Assembly (NCBI GenBank): GCA_964016885.1
Contig: OZ024752.1
Coordinates: forward strand, 30,504,001 to 30,568,000
Origin: Eledone cirrhosa
Lineage: Eukaryota
Length of the DNA stretch: 64,000 nt
Direction of reading: 5' to 3'
A model generated the notes under the pieces. It was not told the DNA's origin and searched no databases. It was given only the letters and a program-made list of their open reading frames with translations. Position 1 is the stretch's first letter. Each line of letters starts with the position of its first letter. Positions 38,531 through 53,110 of this stretch are shown in pieces. Both the position numbers and the translations under genes were made by a program.

Positions 38531-39424
38531 TTGGCTCTCTACTGCCTTGGCTCTCTACTGCCTTGGCTCTCTACTGCCTTGGCTCTCTACTGCCTTGGCT
38601 CTCTACTGCCTTGGCTCTCTACTGCTTCGGCTCTCTACTGCTTCGGCTCTCTCTACTATCTTAGCTCTCTCTACTACCTTGGCTCTCTACTACCTTGGCT
38701 CTCTACTGCCTTGGCTCTCTACTGCCTTGGCTCTCTACTGCTTCGGCTCTCTACTACCTTGGCTCTCTACTGCCTTGGCTCTCTACTGCCTTGGCTCTCT
38801 ACTGCTTCGGCTCTCTCTACTATCTTAGCTCTCTCTACTACCTTGGCTCTCTACTACCTTGGCTCTCTACTGCCTTGGCTCTCTACTGCTTCGGCTCTCT
38901 CTACTATCTTAGCTCTCTCTACTGCCTTGGCTCTCTACTACCTTGGCTCTCTACTGCTTCGGCTCTCTACTGCTTCGGCTCTCTACTGCCTTGGCTCTCT
39001 ACTACCTTGGCTCTCTACTACCTTGGCTCTCTACTGCCTTGGCTCTCTACTACCTTGGCTCTCTACTGCTTCGGCTCTCTACTGCCTTGGCTCTCTACTG
39101 CTTCGGCTCTCTCTACTATCTTAGCTCTCTCTACTGCCTTGGCTCTCTACTGCCTTGGCTCTCTACTACCTTGGCTCTCTACTGCTTCGGCTCTCTACTG
39201 CTTCGGCTCTCTACTGCCTTGGCTCTCTACTACCTTGGCTCTCTACTACCTTGGCTCTCTACTACCTTGGCTCTCTACTACCTTGGCTCTCTACTACCTT
39301 GGCTCTCTACTACCTTGGCTCTCTACTGCCTTGGCTCTCTACTACCTTGGCTCTCTACTACCTTGGCTCTCTACTGCCTTGGCTCTCTACTACCTTGGCT
39401 CTCTACTACCTTGGCTCTCTACTG
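38531..39424. repeat. 16-bp minisatellite
   Basis: ttggctctctact(g/a)cc and variants. Source of the repetitive ORFs. Confidence 0.96.
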
Positions 39425-39555
39425 TCTTCCCCAACCCCAACCCCAACCTTAATGTTAATTAAAACCATGAATTAAAAAATAAGAAATTTAAAATTTTGAT
39501 TTTTATTAGTGTACATTTCATACTAAACCTAAAACTATTCCCAGCGATATTATGT

Positions 39556-39637
39556 TCATCTGTAGTTGTCATCTGTAGTTGTCATCTGTAGTTGTCATCT
39601 GTAGTTGTCATCTGTAGTTGTCATCTGTAGTTGTCAT
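39556..39637. repeat. 13-bp tandem repeat, about 6 copies
   Basis: tcatctgtagttg. Confidence 0.93.
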
Positions 39638-42176
39638 TTAAATTTCATTATTTCTGTAAGTTCAGCTGTTAACCATTTAAAAGATGATTGTGAAACAGCT
39701 TGTGACAACTAAACATCTTATTGCTCATCAAGGATTGAATCAGAGGACTCTGCCTTAAACATCATTGGGTCACTTGATCTTCTCATCAAATACTAGTTGA
39801 ACTGAATCAGTGAGCCACAGTTAATATTTATACAAGATTCCTCTAACAAATGTTTTAGAAATAGCTTTTATGTATTTTTATTTTATTTTATTTACTTTCA
39901 ATTATTTATCATGGTTACAGACTACATAAGCATTTTAATATTTCAAGACTTTAGAGTGCCCAAATTCTGAGATGGGAACATATTAAGATTCCATTATTAG
40001 TGTTGTGAAATACTGTGCATATATATCCTTTCATTTTCAAAACATTCCATCTCATTATCAATAAAATTAATAAATATAAATAAATAAAAAAAATCACATG
40101 GAAAGAAATTTTTTTTTTTTTCTTTTTTTTAAAATAAAATATATATTTGTTGCCTTATATATTTTTTTGTAGTTATAAAATATATGTTTGTACTAGCCTC
40201 ATCATTGCAAATAAGATTAGAAAAGATAACACTTGAAAATAAGTTTGCAAATTTATATGTATTTGCAAAAAAAAAAGCAACTTTTTATACAAAATGTCCT
40301 TTTTTTTAAAATCTTTTATTCATATGCTGTATAATTCAAATATCCATCCAAAATTTCCATCATAAATTGTATCTTAGAAGTACTTTATCACCTTTAATAT
40401 GGATTGCATTTCAAGTTTAGCAGCAACAATGTTTATTCTTTTCTTTTTTTTTTTTTGTTTTATCAAGCAGTAAATTTTGTCAGCTATTACACATATTTTT
40501 TTTTTGTCAACTAGTACATATTTTTTACGACAGCTAGTATATTTCGTCAGCTCATGAGTTTTGTCAACTAGTGCATATTTTCCGTCAATTAGTATATAAC
40601 TATCATTAGTACTTTACTTCTAATTAGGTATTTGTTCTAGGCATATGTTAATTATTTTTCTAAATAGCAACCATGGGTTTTAAACAAATTTACAAACACA
40701 TATTTTATTTCATATTACATAATTTCTATTGTTCATTAACTCTTTTGTTAAAAATATTTTTTTAATTTTTATTTCTTAAACAAACCAAATAATTCTATTT
40801 GTATAAAATATTTTAAATAAATTGAATTTGTCAGAAAATAAGATATCTAGACATGAAAAAAAACAAAGAAACTTATTTTGGTGCTCGTTCTCTTCCTTCC
40901 TTTCATTCAGACTCATACCTCATTCATACTCACTTACATTAAGTAATATCATTTAATTTGTTTTGTTAATTGCTCGTAAAATACTAAATTAAAAGAAAAT
41001 ATTACAGGATGATGCAATAAGACTATTAATTATAGTTGATGAGAAAATTGGATGAATTCTTTTCTTTTACTGATTTCTGTCATTGGATTGTGACCATGCT
41101 GGAGTATCAGAGCATCAATTTTTTTATGGTATAATCAATTACATCAATGTCAGTTCTATTTTATCAACATCGAAAGAATAAAAGGCAATGTTGGCTTGGC
41201 TGAGATTTGTGTTCAGAATGTAAAGGGGTATGACCAAATACCACAACATGTTATTTTGTCTATATCCCTTTAAAATGTTAACCTGCCTGAAACAACTTTA
41301 ATAAAGTGTTCAAATTTAAATTCAAATCTCAATTATTACATGACAGATTATATTAGATTCTTCAGTTAAATATTTATCTTTTAAATAAAAAAATTACTTA
41401 CTACACTAAACCTCTCATAATTGTTGGTTATTTTGATAATTAAAAAGAAACATAAGGGCAATATATTCATTAGAAACATGATCACAAAATGTATGTGGAT
41501 ATACATATACACACCTGAGAATATTACTCAACGGTTAAAACATTGTAAGTATAGGTTTTAAGCCTTGCCTGTATACATTGAATTCCATACTTCGTCAAGG
41601 CACTTTACTGCTTTCTTGCTTGATCAACTTAAAAAATAAATATTCTGCATATTTGATGAGAAAAAGGTTTTCCAACAATTATAACCTATTCCAAGAACTT
41701 ATAAAATAAATTTTTATTTGAGGTGCACAAAAGTAGTAACAGAAAGCCAGGAAAGAAAAAATAGGATAGTGTTTGAAGCTGAATCTGTTTTTACATTTCT
41801 TATCAATAAACACAAATATATCATGTAAATTTTGTAAACAATTAAGAATCATAGCAATACCTTTTTATTTATTTTCTTAAGATTTAATATAATTGTTCCT
41901 TAATTTAAACTTAACTTAATGTTTATATTTTTTTATCTATATTTATCTGTTATATTCAAGTATTATAGTTTCTCGTTAGAATTGATTTAAACAGTATTTT
42001 ATGTTATTATTATTCCTGCAACTAGAAGTAGTGATAACTATATATATATATATATAATTTGTGTGGGATGCTTAAAGCGTTCGTATGCGGTAGGCCGTTT
42101 GAGCACTCTCTTACAGAGCAGAGTATAATATCACATAAGAAACGGAGAATCAGTGGTGCGACGAATAAGCTTTATT

Positions 42177-42272
42177 AGACATATTACAATCGTTTTTCTG
42201 GCGACCAGCTCGAGGCACGATCGATGCAATGATCAAACCTGACTCTGAAATCGCAAGATCCTCAGATCTGTC
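42177..42272 (-). ncRNA. Decayed hammerhead ribozyme with long stem II, in a (TA)n-bounded element 42060-42305
   Basis: Minus strand: agacagat-CTGAGGA-tcttgcga...tcgccaga-(A)AAAC-gatt-GTA-atatgtct-aataaa. Confidence 0.55.
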
Positions 42273-42704
42273 TCGATTCTACGAAGCATAATTTTCAAAA
42301 TGTGATATATATATATGCTAGGTAATTACAACAATAATTGATATTCAAGATAGAATATCAAATTAAAGAAAATTAATTATATTAACTACATTTCATAGTT
42401 TAGTATCTAAGAAATTCCAAAACTGACAAAATATTATTTTCAAACAAATCAAATATTATTTCAGTAAAGCTGTGTTAATATTTTTTACCATTAAATATGT
42501 TACATTTATCATTGCATTGTATTTTTTTAACTTTTCATAAGATATCCTGTTTGGCTAGTGGCGTTGAACTTTCTCCTGACTGAGACGATATAAACCCACA
42601 TTATTGTAAACCTCTGATGTAATGATTTCAGAACAAAGAATTACATTTTATAAATATTGAAGCATTTTCCAAATCATGCACGTAAACCAAATTTTCAGAC
42701 TTTT

Positions 42705-42951
42705 AAACATCGAGAGAATATATATATATAAGTATAAAAGATGATGTACTCAAGTGCATAGATGCTATAAAAATAGCTTATAAAATAGGATGAAAGCCCT
42801 TAATGGGGTCCAGTTCCTCATAGCAGCCAATGGCAACTCCTTTTTCCATCCTTTAAGGGTCTTCACCCTATTATATAAGCTATTTTTATAGAATCTATGC
42901 ACTTGAGTACATCATCTTTTATACTTATATATATATATTCTCTCGATGTTT
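42705..42951. repeat. Fold-back palindrome (~98-bp arms, ~50-nt loop)
   Basis: aaacatcgagagaa(ta)n agtataaaagatgatgtactcaagtgc... is mirrored at 42851-42951. Confidence 0.9.
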
Positions 42952-43122
42952 TTACTTTTATATATATATATATATATATAATATATATGTAGATAAATCT
43001 ACCAAGAGTTTACGGTAGTGTCCAATCCGTATGAAGAACTCAATGTAATCCGGATATCATGGAAAGAAGAGATGCAATGAAAAATCACTTTCGGTGAAAG
43101 ATAAACGGAATACAGAGTCAAG

Positions 43123-43507
43123 ATAAAATATTAAAAAAATAATGAATAAAACAATGAAACAGTTCCTTATATTAAACAAAAAAAGTTCATTATTTAACGA
43201 TCGTTTCTAGGATATATATGTGTTAGAATTGGCATGCATATTCAACAGATCTATGTACAAAATTATACAAAATTATACAAACTATCAAAATTATATGTAT
43301 ATTTAATTTACAAACTATCAAAATTATATGTATATTTAATTTTGATAGTTTGTATAATTTTGTATAATTTTGTACATAGATCTGTTGAATATGCATGCCA
43401 ATTCTAACACATATATATCCTAGAAACGATCGTTAAATAATGAACTTTTTTTGTTTAATATAAGGAACTGTTTCATTGTTTTATTCATTATTTTTTTAAT
43501 ATTTTAT
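43123..43507. repeat. Fold-back palindrome (~170-bp arms) containing the hammerhead 3' half GAAAC-GATC-GTT
   Basis: Arms are reverse complements. The centre has a 33-bp tandem duplication. The element extends left to ~42990 and is bounded by (TA)n. Confidence 0.9.
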
Positions 43508-44651
43508 ATAATATATATATATATATATATAATATATATATTCTAAATATTTGAAAGAGATTCGAATTAGCTATTTAGATTAATAATGAATTCTGATATT
43601 AAGTTTACAAATCAATAAGATAAGCCTTTTTTTTTTATTGATTTAGCTAATTAAGTACATTTTTATTTTTTTGAAAACTAATTTTTTACTGAATCTTTTT
43701 TTAAAAATAAAATACATATGAAAAAAAAACAGCTATATGCTAATAACATGAAAGGAAAATTTAATATGATGAAACTTCGCCAGTCTTTCTTCCCATGTAA
43801 ATAAACAATTATTTTAAATATTGCTTAAATATTTCAATCTAAAATTTCAATAAATTACAATGTTTTAAAATAAAAAATATTTAGTTTTATATCTGCGCGT
43901 GTATTAATTTAAGTATAATATTTATCTTATCATCTTTTATATAATTTACTTATTTTAAAAGTGTTTTTGTCTTGCTTTTAATCATTTTTTCTTGACAGTT
44001 CTAGGTTAACTTATCGTTTAATAATTCTTTCTTGAAAATTCTAGAATAACTTATGATTTAATATCTGATTTATTTTAAAATGTAATTTCTGAGACAGTTC
44101 AGAAGATGTGGACAAATATGTATATCCTTCTAATTGTTATATTTATAACTCGTTTATATTTTTTGTTTCACTAATTTCACTAAATATGAATTTCTATTAA
44201 TTTAAATTATTTTCCATATATTCTTTCGAATATTGAGTACTAATGGTTGAAGAATAAATATTCATGTGAAGGTCACCATGAAATGTTGATTCTTATGAAG
44301 TTTTGGAGGATGTCTAAGCTGAAGGACATTGTTGTAGGTAGGACTACCTCATATTCTTTGACTAGCCTTCAGTAACCTCATACCTTTATATTACTTGTAT
44401 AACCTTAACCTTAACCTATATATGCCTCTTAGCTAACCATACCATCTGTTTGTGCTTGCACTTTTCCTCAATAATATTTGGTTATTCTTTATGCAATATG
44501 TCATGGACAAATTCAACAAAAGCCTTTTGTAAATATCAAAGGATTTGATGCTGGAGCAAAAAGCATTTCCTGGCTTCAAGTCTCATTGTATTATCAAGAG
44601 AAAACTTTAGAATGTATTATAATATATATATATTACAATGTTACATCTGTG

Positions 44652-44751
<100 letters not shown>

Positions 44752-44752
44752 C

Positions 44753-44812
<60 letters not shown>

Positions 44813-47800
44813 TTATGTATGTATATATGTTTATGTATGTATATATGTGTGTATATATATATATAGATTTAGAGTCATTATGTTATAAATAATGATAAAC
44901 AATTACTAATGGAAGGGCTCTAAGCAAATAATGAGTCAAATTCATTATACATACTGGTACTTCAATATATTTTCACACACATGTACACATGCACATAATT
45001 AATTTTAGTAAATGTGAGAATGGATTATCTATGTAGAAAAACTAATTTAGTGACTAATTTTCACGTCTCATTCATTTTCTATCAGTATTTTTGAAAAGGT
45101 TCTGATAAAAGTAAACCCCAATACAACTGGGTTGATTAATTGATACAATTCAATAGAATTCATTTGTTTTGTTTTGTTTTCCATCCTTAATGATCCATCC
45201 AGACTAATGTGGCAGTATTCCGTATTATTTGTCGCTCACATATCCAATATATCACAGCTTCTGTATCCTCTCCTTGTCTTACTCCACTTGTTTTTTCAGT
45301 CTTTCAACTTACTTTACTGTGATGTTCTATTTTAGATATCGTTAATTTATCTTTTAAAGTAAAACAATGTGAACCTTCTTTTTTTTTTATAAATTTATAC
45401 TTGTAGGATAAAATAGAAAATAGATTTTTATTATTCCATAAATTTGGTTTCTTTATCTCTCATTTTCATTCTTCACTTTCACTCAGCACCAGATAGAAAC
45501 CTGCTCACAACTTTCAGGTTTGTGCCTATGAATTTGCTATTTTCTACTACAAACTATGTCATTCTCTTTTTCATTCTCATTGGCTATTTTATTTTAAAGT
45601 TTCCCCATCATGAAATTACTTGCTTTGTCCCCAAACAAGAGATAACTCAAATTATTATCTAAATCATCTTTTATCTAAATCACTATTATCTAAATCATCT
45701 TTTATCTAAATCACTATTATCTAAATCATCTTTTCCTGAAAGATTGAGGTAACTATTTTGAATGTAATTTCACGCATCTTGTCTTTCTTTTCATTTTCAA
45801 TAACCAAAAGTAGCTTTTGTCAGGGTTAAGTAAACACCAGCTCTGTCATCCATTTTTTTTTCATTTCCATAAACGACTCTCCTTCTGTCCTTTCCAATTC
45901 CATCCAATTGTTTATTAAATAATACTTTTCTCCATTACACATTATCGTTTCCATTTCCAGAACATTCTGAAAAGTGGTTGAGATTAGGAAAGACTTCCAT
46001 TCAGCTGTAGAAACCAGTACTAGAACAAACACTTTAAAACAAATAGTTTTGAATCATAAAATCAAGGATGGTTTCTGGCAATTTGGTATTATAAGGGTTA
46101 AACATTATTTTCACTGAGATTAAACAACACCATGTTGTTGTTTTGCAATCTTATTTATACTTAAGACAGCTTCAAAAATAATAATAGCTTTTCCTAGGGC
46201 CAAAACATTAACTCAAGCTCAAATAATTTCTGATTCTATATGAAACCTAAATTAACCATTTTATGGCAGAAAACTTGCATGCCTTACAAAAGACATTCTC
46301 TTCAATCAATGATATCTAGTTTACTCTACTGAACGCCATTCTAATGATCAGTAGCATTACCATTTCTCAGCAACATTTTCATATCTCTGTCTTCTAATTC
46401 TATTCAATTTTTGGTTCATTCTTATCCTGTGTCTTCATTTAGTCTTCTTGTCTTGTTCCCTGGCTATTTCAGTTGTCAAACATCGATCACATTATTTTGT
46501 TATATATGTTTCTCTTGTATCTGATATCTGATCACCATTAGCTCATTCCTCCAAGGTTGTGTACCATCAATATATTTAAAATCATTCTTTGTTACACCAG
46601 AACTACACTGCTTTAAAAGTCTCTTGTTCCTTGCTTTTTACTAAACTTTTTCACCCTTCAACATTAATATGAATCTTATCACAATTCTTACCACAATAAA
46701 TCCAAGAATGCTTCAACAGGCTCAGGCAGTGTATTTCTTCCAAACAAAAAAAAATGTTGTAAAAAAAAAAATTTATAATATTAATGAAACAGGTTTTACA
46801 ATATATGAAAATATTTTTATGTTCATAATAATTTTGTAATTATTACAACACTTTTTTTTTTTTTTCAATTGTTGAAAATACATATCATTGATGTTCAATA
46901 TGAAAATGTTTTCTATTAGCTTGAATTGCTTTATATTGCTGGTGGTTGTGGGGAGACTATTCAAACAATTGTTGTAAACTACCAAATCTCATAAGTTAAC
47001 GCTAACAGTGAGATTTTGAAATGTTTTCCACAAATATATTTGCTTGAAATATATTTGTTTTTTGGTTCATGATTTCTGTTATTTAAATTATGTTTTATTT
47101 AATTAATTAAGTGATTTTTAATATATGCACACACAAACAGGAGCATTATACAAAAAGGAATTTTTACCTAAACAATTCTTACACTCCAACATTTCAAATT
47201 GTTTTTGTGTCGTAAGTAAAAATCTATTTTATTCCTCTCATAAATTTTCATTAAAATACTTTATTATCTAAACGTAATAAATTTCAATACATACCTATAG
47301 ATAAATACAGATGTAGATAAAATAGTTATAAAACTCCACACTTAAGTATTATATTCTGATGTATGACAATACAAGACAACTGGCCATGCTTGAAGAGAGT
47401 ATTGGTCTAGCAGCTGAATGTTTAAGGGCTTTTATTCTGTCATTTGATGTTGTTGTGTGTCTATGTCCAAAGTATCTACCTCATGGTCAGTTATAGATGC
47501 TATGGATGGATAAAATGTTCCAGCGTTGATATAACTCTTTTATTGAGTCACTGTATTGAGTTCACATTTAACACACCTAGAAAAGGCAATGTCACAATTC
47601 TAGCACAATTCTCTAAGACTAAAATACTGTTGAAAATAGCAGATATCTGCCAAAACTACCAACAAGATATATTCCCCCAAATACTTGAGTACAGTTATCT
47701 TTAAACTCTATGAATCTTTTTTAAATAATTTGCTGGAATATCTAGCTTTAAACAAGAATCCTTTATTTTTTCTTTTGAAAAACTTTCCATCAAATAGTTA

Positions 47801-47873
47801 TTCCAGGTATTTTAAATTCAGTTCAGATATTAAGATATAAAATATTTATGGAATATAACACTTTATTCGTCAG

Positions 47874-47977
<104 letters not shown>

Positions 47978-48290
47978 CTTTTTTACCATAAATGTTTCCT
48001 TAGATTTTTCCTTCTAAACTTTTAGAGGTAAGTAAACATTTGATTTCAACTTGTAGAGAATTTTATGTTTAATATTTGTTCCAAATTATTTCCCCTCCAC
48101 ATCTTCTCAGTAGTCTCCCTTGAAATATTATAAGCTAGCTCCAAGTTGTGCTATTGAGTTAGAATATGGCCTGGGCCTACACTGGCTTAAACCTATCAAA
48201 GTTATTAATGTGACGTCACTAAATTTAATAGGGTGGGGGGAAAACCATTTATAATAATTAATTTTATTATAAAATGTTCATTATTATTAT

Positions 48291-48464
48291 GGTAGGTGGA
48301 TTGGCAGTATCGGTAGATACGCATAGAGTTATGGCCCTTGCCATTCTGAGTTCAAATCTCGCCAAGGTTAACTTTGCCTTTCATCCTTACGGGGTCGATA
48401 AAATAAAGTACCAGTAATGCACTGGGTAATTGCTAGCCTTGTGCCAAAAGTAGAAACAATTATT
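48291..48464 (+). mobile_element. SINE family A copy
   Basis: Same head, core and tail; flanking direct repeat attattatggtag. Confidence 0.85.
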
Positions 48465-48565
48465 ATGGTAGAAATTATTATGGTAATAATGATAGTTATA
48501 GCTACAACACACTCTATGTTTTAATTATTGAATTAAAAAACCAGTTTAACTAATTCTTACTAATT

Positions 48566-48770
48566 TTAACCCTTTAGTGTTCAAACCGGCCAAAATTCTC
48601 TACCTCTTTCTGTTGAAACTGGCTGTAACTGGTCACTCAAACTGATGTTAAGGTATTGTTCTCAAAATAAATACTTTCAAAATTTCATAAATTCGATATT
48701 ATGTGAGGTAAAGCCTTTACCATGAAAATATAATAGTACATATAAAATAATGTGAATGCTAAAGGGTTAA
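48566..48770. mobile_element. piggyBac-type MITE family P
   Basis: ttaa-ccctttagtgtt ... aatgctaaaggg-ttaa; homologous to 9921-10150. Confidence 0.78.
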
Positions 48771-49195
48771 TTTCTAAAAATGTAATCCTAAAGTTTTGGT
48801 TTATAAGAGAAAATTAATATTTTGAATACTGTGAATAGTATAAAAATTATATTATTATATCTTTAAAAATCCTAAACCACTTACCACTTTCATTGTGAAT
48901 TGAAAGTAAATAGTCTAAACATATTAAAATGGTTCAAATAATCAAATAATTCCATTTCTATTTCTTTAAATTTTAAACCATTTTCAATCTACCTCACTTG
49001 GTTTCTACTTGTGGAAGAATTTTAACGAAATATAATGTAAATATTAATTTGAATATATCTTTTGTCTTGTGTATATTTATTGTTTTTCAGTTTTTAAATT
49101 TCTAGGGCCATTTCTAAACTTAATTAATTAAATATGTTTACAATTAACTCTAATTTTAAATTTTATTTTAAATTCACGTTATTATTTATTTTATA

Positions 49196-49417
49196 GGGCA
49201 GTGCATTGGCAGACTTGGTAGAGCGTCGGACAAAATACTTTGCCGTATTTAGTTACGGCTTTTTGCGTTCTGAGTTCAAATCCTGCCACGGTTAGCTTTG
49301 CCTTTCATCCTTACGGGGTCGATAAAATAAAGTACCAGTGACTCACTGGAGTCAATTTATTCGACTTTCCCCTTCCCTTGAAATTGCTGGCCTTGTGCCA
49401 AGTGTAGAAACAATTAT
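49196..49417 (+). mobile_element. SINE family A copy (longer subfamily)
   Basis: Same core and tail, with an extra ctggagtcaatttattcgactttcccc segment. Confidence 0.82.
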
Positions 49418-50034
49418 TTCTTTTATTTCCTCTAAAATAAACTCTACAGTTATATAATGAATGTTATTATGAATGTTCGTTAGTAACTTCAATTTCTCAG
49501 TAAATCATTAGCTAAATAAAATTTTAATGATTAAATAACAATTAGAATAATTTGATTGACTGACTTTTATATCAACGTGTCTTAATTGCCACCTGGATAT
49601 ATAAATGCATAGTAAATTATGAAAGATTCATATTTTTGAAGTTGCTACAAATTCTAGTACATAATCAACTTTCCATCGAAACTATATATGGTGTTTCCTT
49701 AAAAGTAATCCTTTTTATCTTTTAATTACATATCTACTATTCTGTTAAATGTTCCTGTTTAATTTTTAACTCTTTAGTCCTCCAATTTCAACACCGTTAT
49801 CGTTACCAAACAATTTCCTAAATGTAATTAAAAATCCCAAAACAAACACTCCAAAATAGATTACTTGAATTTTGTTCAAAATATTTTTTACTTACCAAAT
49901 ATTCTTTGATATTTTTGTTGTTTTTTTACTATCTACCTTTTTTTGTATTTGTTGTTGTTATTGTTGTTGTTTTGTTTTTTTTTATTAATCATCCTGTTTA
50001 AAGAAAAAATGTTTCTGTTTTCATTTATTTGTAT

Positions 50035-50142
50035 TATCATTACTAGACATTATCAGACATTATCAGACATTTACCAGACATTATAAGACATTACTGGCCA
50101 TTACCAGACATTTATCAGACACCAGACATTATCAGACATTAA
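50035..50142. repeat. Degenerate 10-bp tandem repeat
   Basis: atcagacatt variants. Confidence 0.8.
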
Positions 50143-52469
50143 TCATGTCTGTATTTTTCCTTTTGCTGCTTTTGTAAAATCAAGATTGTGAAATATTGAC
50201 CATATTCTGTTGTTGCCTTCTATCTGCTAGGCAAAAAAAATGTCTAATTCTGTATAAAGATCATTATTCGTATTTTTAAGAAAAGATTAAAAAAAAAGAA
50301 GCAAAAAAAAATGAATAAAAAGACATTTGTTTTTAATCTTGTTTTTTTGTTGGTTACTTAATTCTAGAAAGGTGTCTTTCTGTTTTATACCAAAAATACA
50401 AAAACATTGTTCTAACCCAAAATCCAGGTATGCAGCCAAAAAGTTGGTTTATTGTGGTTTACAGATTCCACATGAGATATATTTGATAAAGATTAAAAGT
50501 TCAAGAGTGTTTAGGTGTAAAGATATAACTACTATTAAATTATATAATGACGGTGCCCCAGCATGGTTTCAGCCTGTTGGCTGGAACACTCAATAGAGTA
50601 ATATAGTAATATAGTTTATATTGGTAATGAGTTCAAATACACAGTTTGTGTTGCTTTTATTTTGTGTCTCACTTCATCTAGTTCACAGAAATAATTAGTA
50701 GAACTTCTGGCAGAAATTACCTGTAAAAGATCTCCAGTGAGAAATTTCTCTTCTATCTGATTAACACTTTAGAAATTTAATTAGTTATAAATCCTATTTT
50801 TAAAGTTAGTGAAAAAATAAACATTTTCCTTTATCATATATTTCAAATATATGACAACTTTTGAAGCTTTAAAAAAGAATACCCAGTGTAGAATTTTAAC
50901 CATTAATTTATAGTTTAGATTATTACTAAGGTCTAAATTATTATATTATAGTGTTTAAAGGAATATGCTAAGTTTGTGGCAAACCTTTTAACTTTGAATT
51001 ATAACAGTTTTATTGATAAAATGTCATTAGATACCACACCACATATTTGTTCATTAGCAGCATCCTACTGTTTTCATTGTAATTACTTGTAAAATAATCA
51101 AGAAATTGGAAGGATTTAATAAAATAACTAATTTTGCTGTTATTAAAGCTGCTATCTGCAAATATAATTTAACAAAATATTCTCACAGAAAGTTATGATA
51201 ATTTTAATTTATATATAACCACATGTGGTTCTAAATCATAAAATTAGAGCTAGTTCCAGGCAGGTTAGTATGAAAGGAATTAACAGATGCTAGAATAGAG
51301 ACAAGGTATATAAATAAGATATTGTTAAGTAGAACTGTTTGAACATTTCAGAGTATATATTTATAAATTTATAAAAGATAGAGTTGCATAGAAAATGTCA
51401 AATAAAAATATGATTTTTTTTTTTTTTTTTGTTAACGGTTTAATACCAGGTTCATTGATTTTCAGTGATTCATAAAAATATCTCCCGTAAATTGTTTTTA
51501 GATAAATATTGTTGTATATATACTATACTTCTGTCTTTAGAAATATTGTTACGCCATAAAATTAGTATCTAAAAGAAAAACCGTGGACATTTCATAACAA
51601 TACCATATATATATGTGTGTGTATGCAAAAGGTAAACAGGAATAACAAAACAAATGATACAGTACAATGGAGAAATATATTAGTTTAACACACACATATA
51701 TATATATGTATGAAATTTCTACAATGTTTCACTATGTTGTTATTTTTCTAACTTCTAAATATATTTTTGTATTTTCTTCAATTCTGTCTTCTTTAATATT
51801 TACTAATAACAAGACTTTTAAACTTCTAACCACAAACGTTTTATTTTTATCATTCAATTTTACTTTTTTTTTTTTTTATTTGGTATATCAACTCACTTGA
51901 TTATTTATTTTAATTATTCAAATTTTTGATATTGGTAATATTTTCTGTACATTTTTTATCCTCGTTAAACTATTTTTATAACTTCGTTTCTCTCTCTCTT
52001 CAGTTCTTTAGGCACCACATTTATTTTGCTAATTAAATATTTCTGCTGTTTTTTTTTATCTTACTTATTTTTTCTATATTTGTTTTTTAATTCTTTGCTT
52101 GGTAATTTATTGCCAACTATAATTATATAAGTCTTTATTTATTTTTGCTGTGGCATTTCATTTTATTTCGTGCTGTATTAAGCTGTTGTTTTTTTTTTTT
52201 GTTTTTTTTTAGTGTTAATGTCGTTGTGAAATGTTGCAAAAAACAGCTTCTTAACACTTTAAAGTTGTAGAATATAGAATATATTTTATATTTTTTATTA
52301 GAACTAGCCCGTTTTAATAACAGGGAATTATTAAGACAAGGTCAGCTGACCTAACATTGCCCATAACAGGACAACCCGTCTAACCCATGCTAGCGTGGAA
52401 GAATCGACATAAAACGATGATGATATAAATAAATATATATATATATATATACACACACACGTATATATA

Positions 52470-52510
<41 letters not shown>

Positions 52511-52572
52511 ATATATATATGTGTGTGTATGTGTGTGTATATATATATATATATACACACTCACATATATAC

Positions 52573-52603
<31 letters not shown>

Positions 52604-53110
52604 ATTCACAACATACAGTTTAAAAATTATATAAATATATTACTCTAATAAAATTACTTAAGGAAACACTGTGTTGTTTCCCTTGGATAGTCAAGATTCC
52701 TATGTTAATTTATGATTTAAAATATTTGTTGAGTTTTCTACAAAGAAATTCTCATAACTCAAAAATATCTTTCTCCCCACCCCTATCTGATAGTTATTAC
52801 ATCTACCTTCATTGTATGTTGTAAATTGATTACATCAGAGTATGTCTTTATAATCCCAATACCAATCTAATGACTTCTATGTGATATCAGACATTAGACC
52901 AATATAACTTCCCACCTTTTAGTTCCTCGTTACCTGTGAACTGTCAAGAGACATAAACTCATCACACCCATTATTACCTTGGTCATTCTTTTACGTTTGG
53001 ATATGTTCTCCATATCTATCTCATTATCCAGGTAGATTACCTGTTTCTTTAATTAGAAAACAAACAAATAAACATAGCGACAATTCCTATAGGAGTATCA
53101 TTCATCCTAA

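Noticed and set aside
38531-39475. ORFs of 93-255 aa with LALYCLGSLLPWLST repeats
   Set aside because: A stop-free 16-bp minisatellite read in several frames. Its ctactacct lacks the full let-7 seed match.
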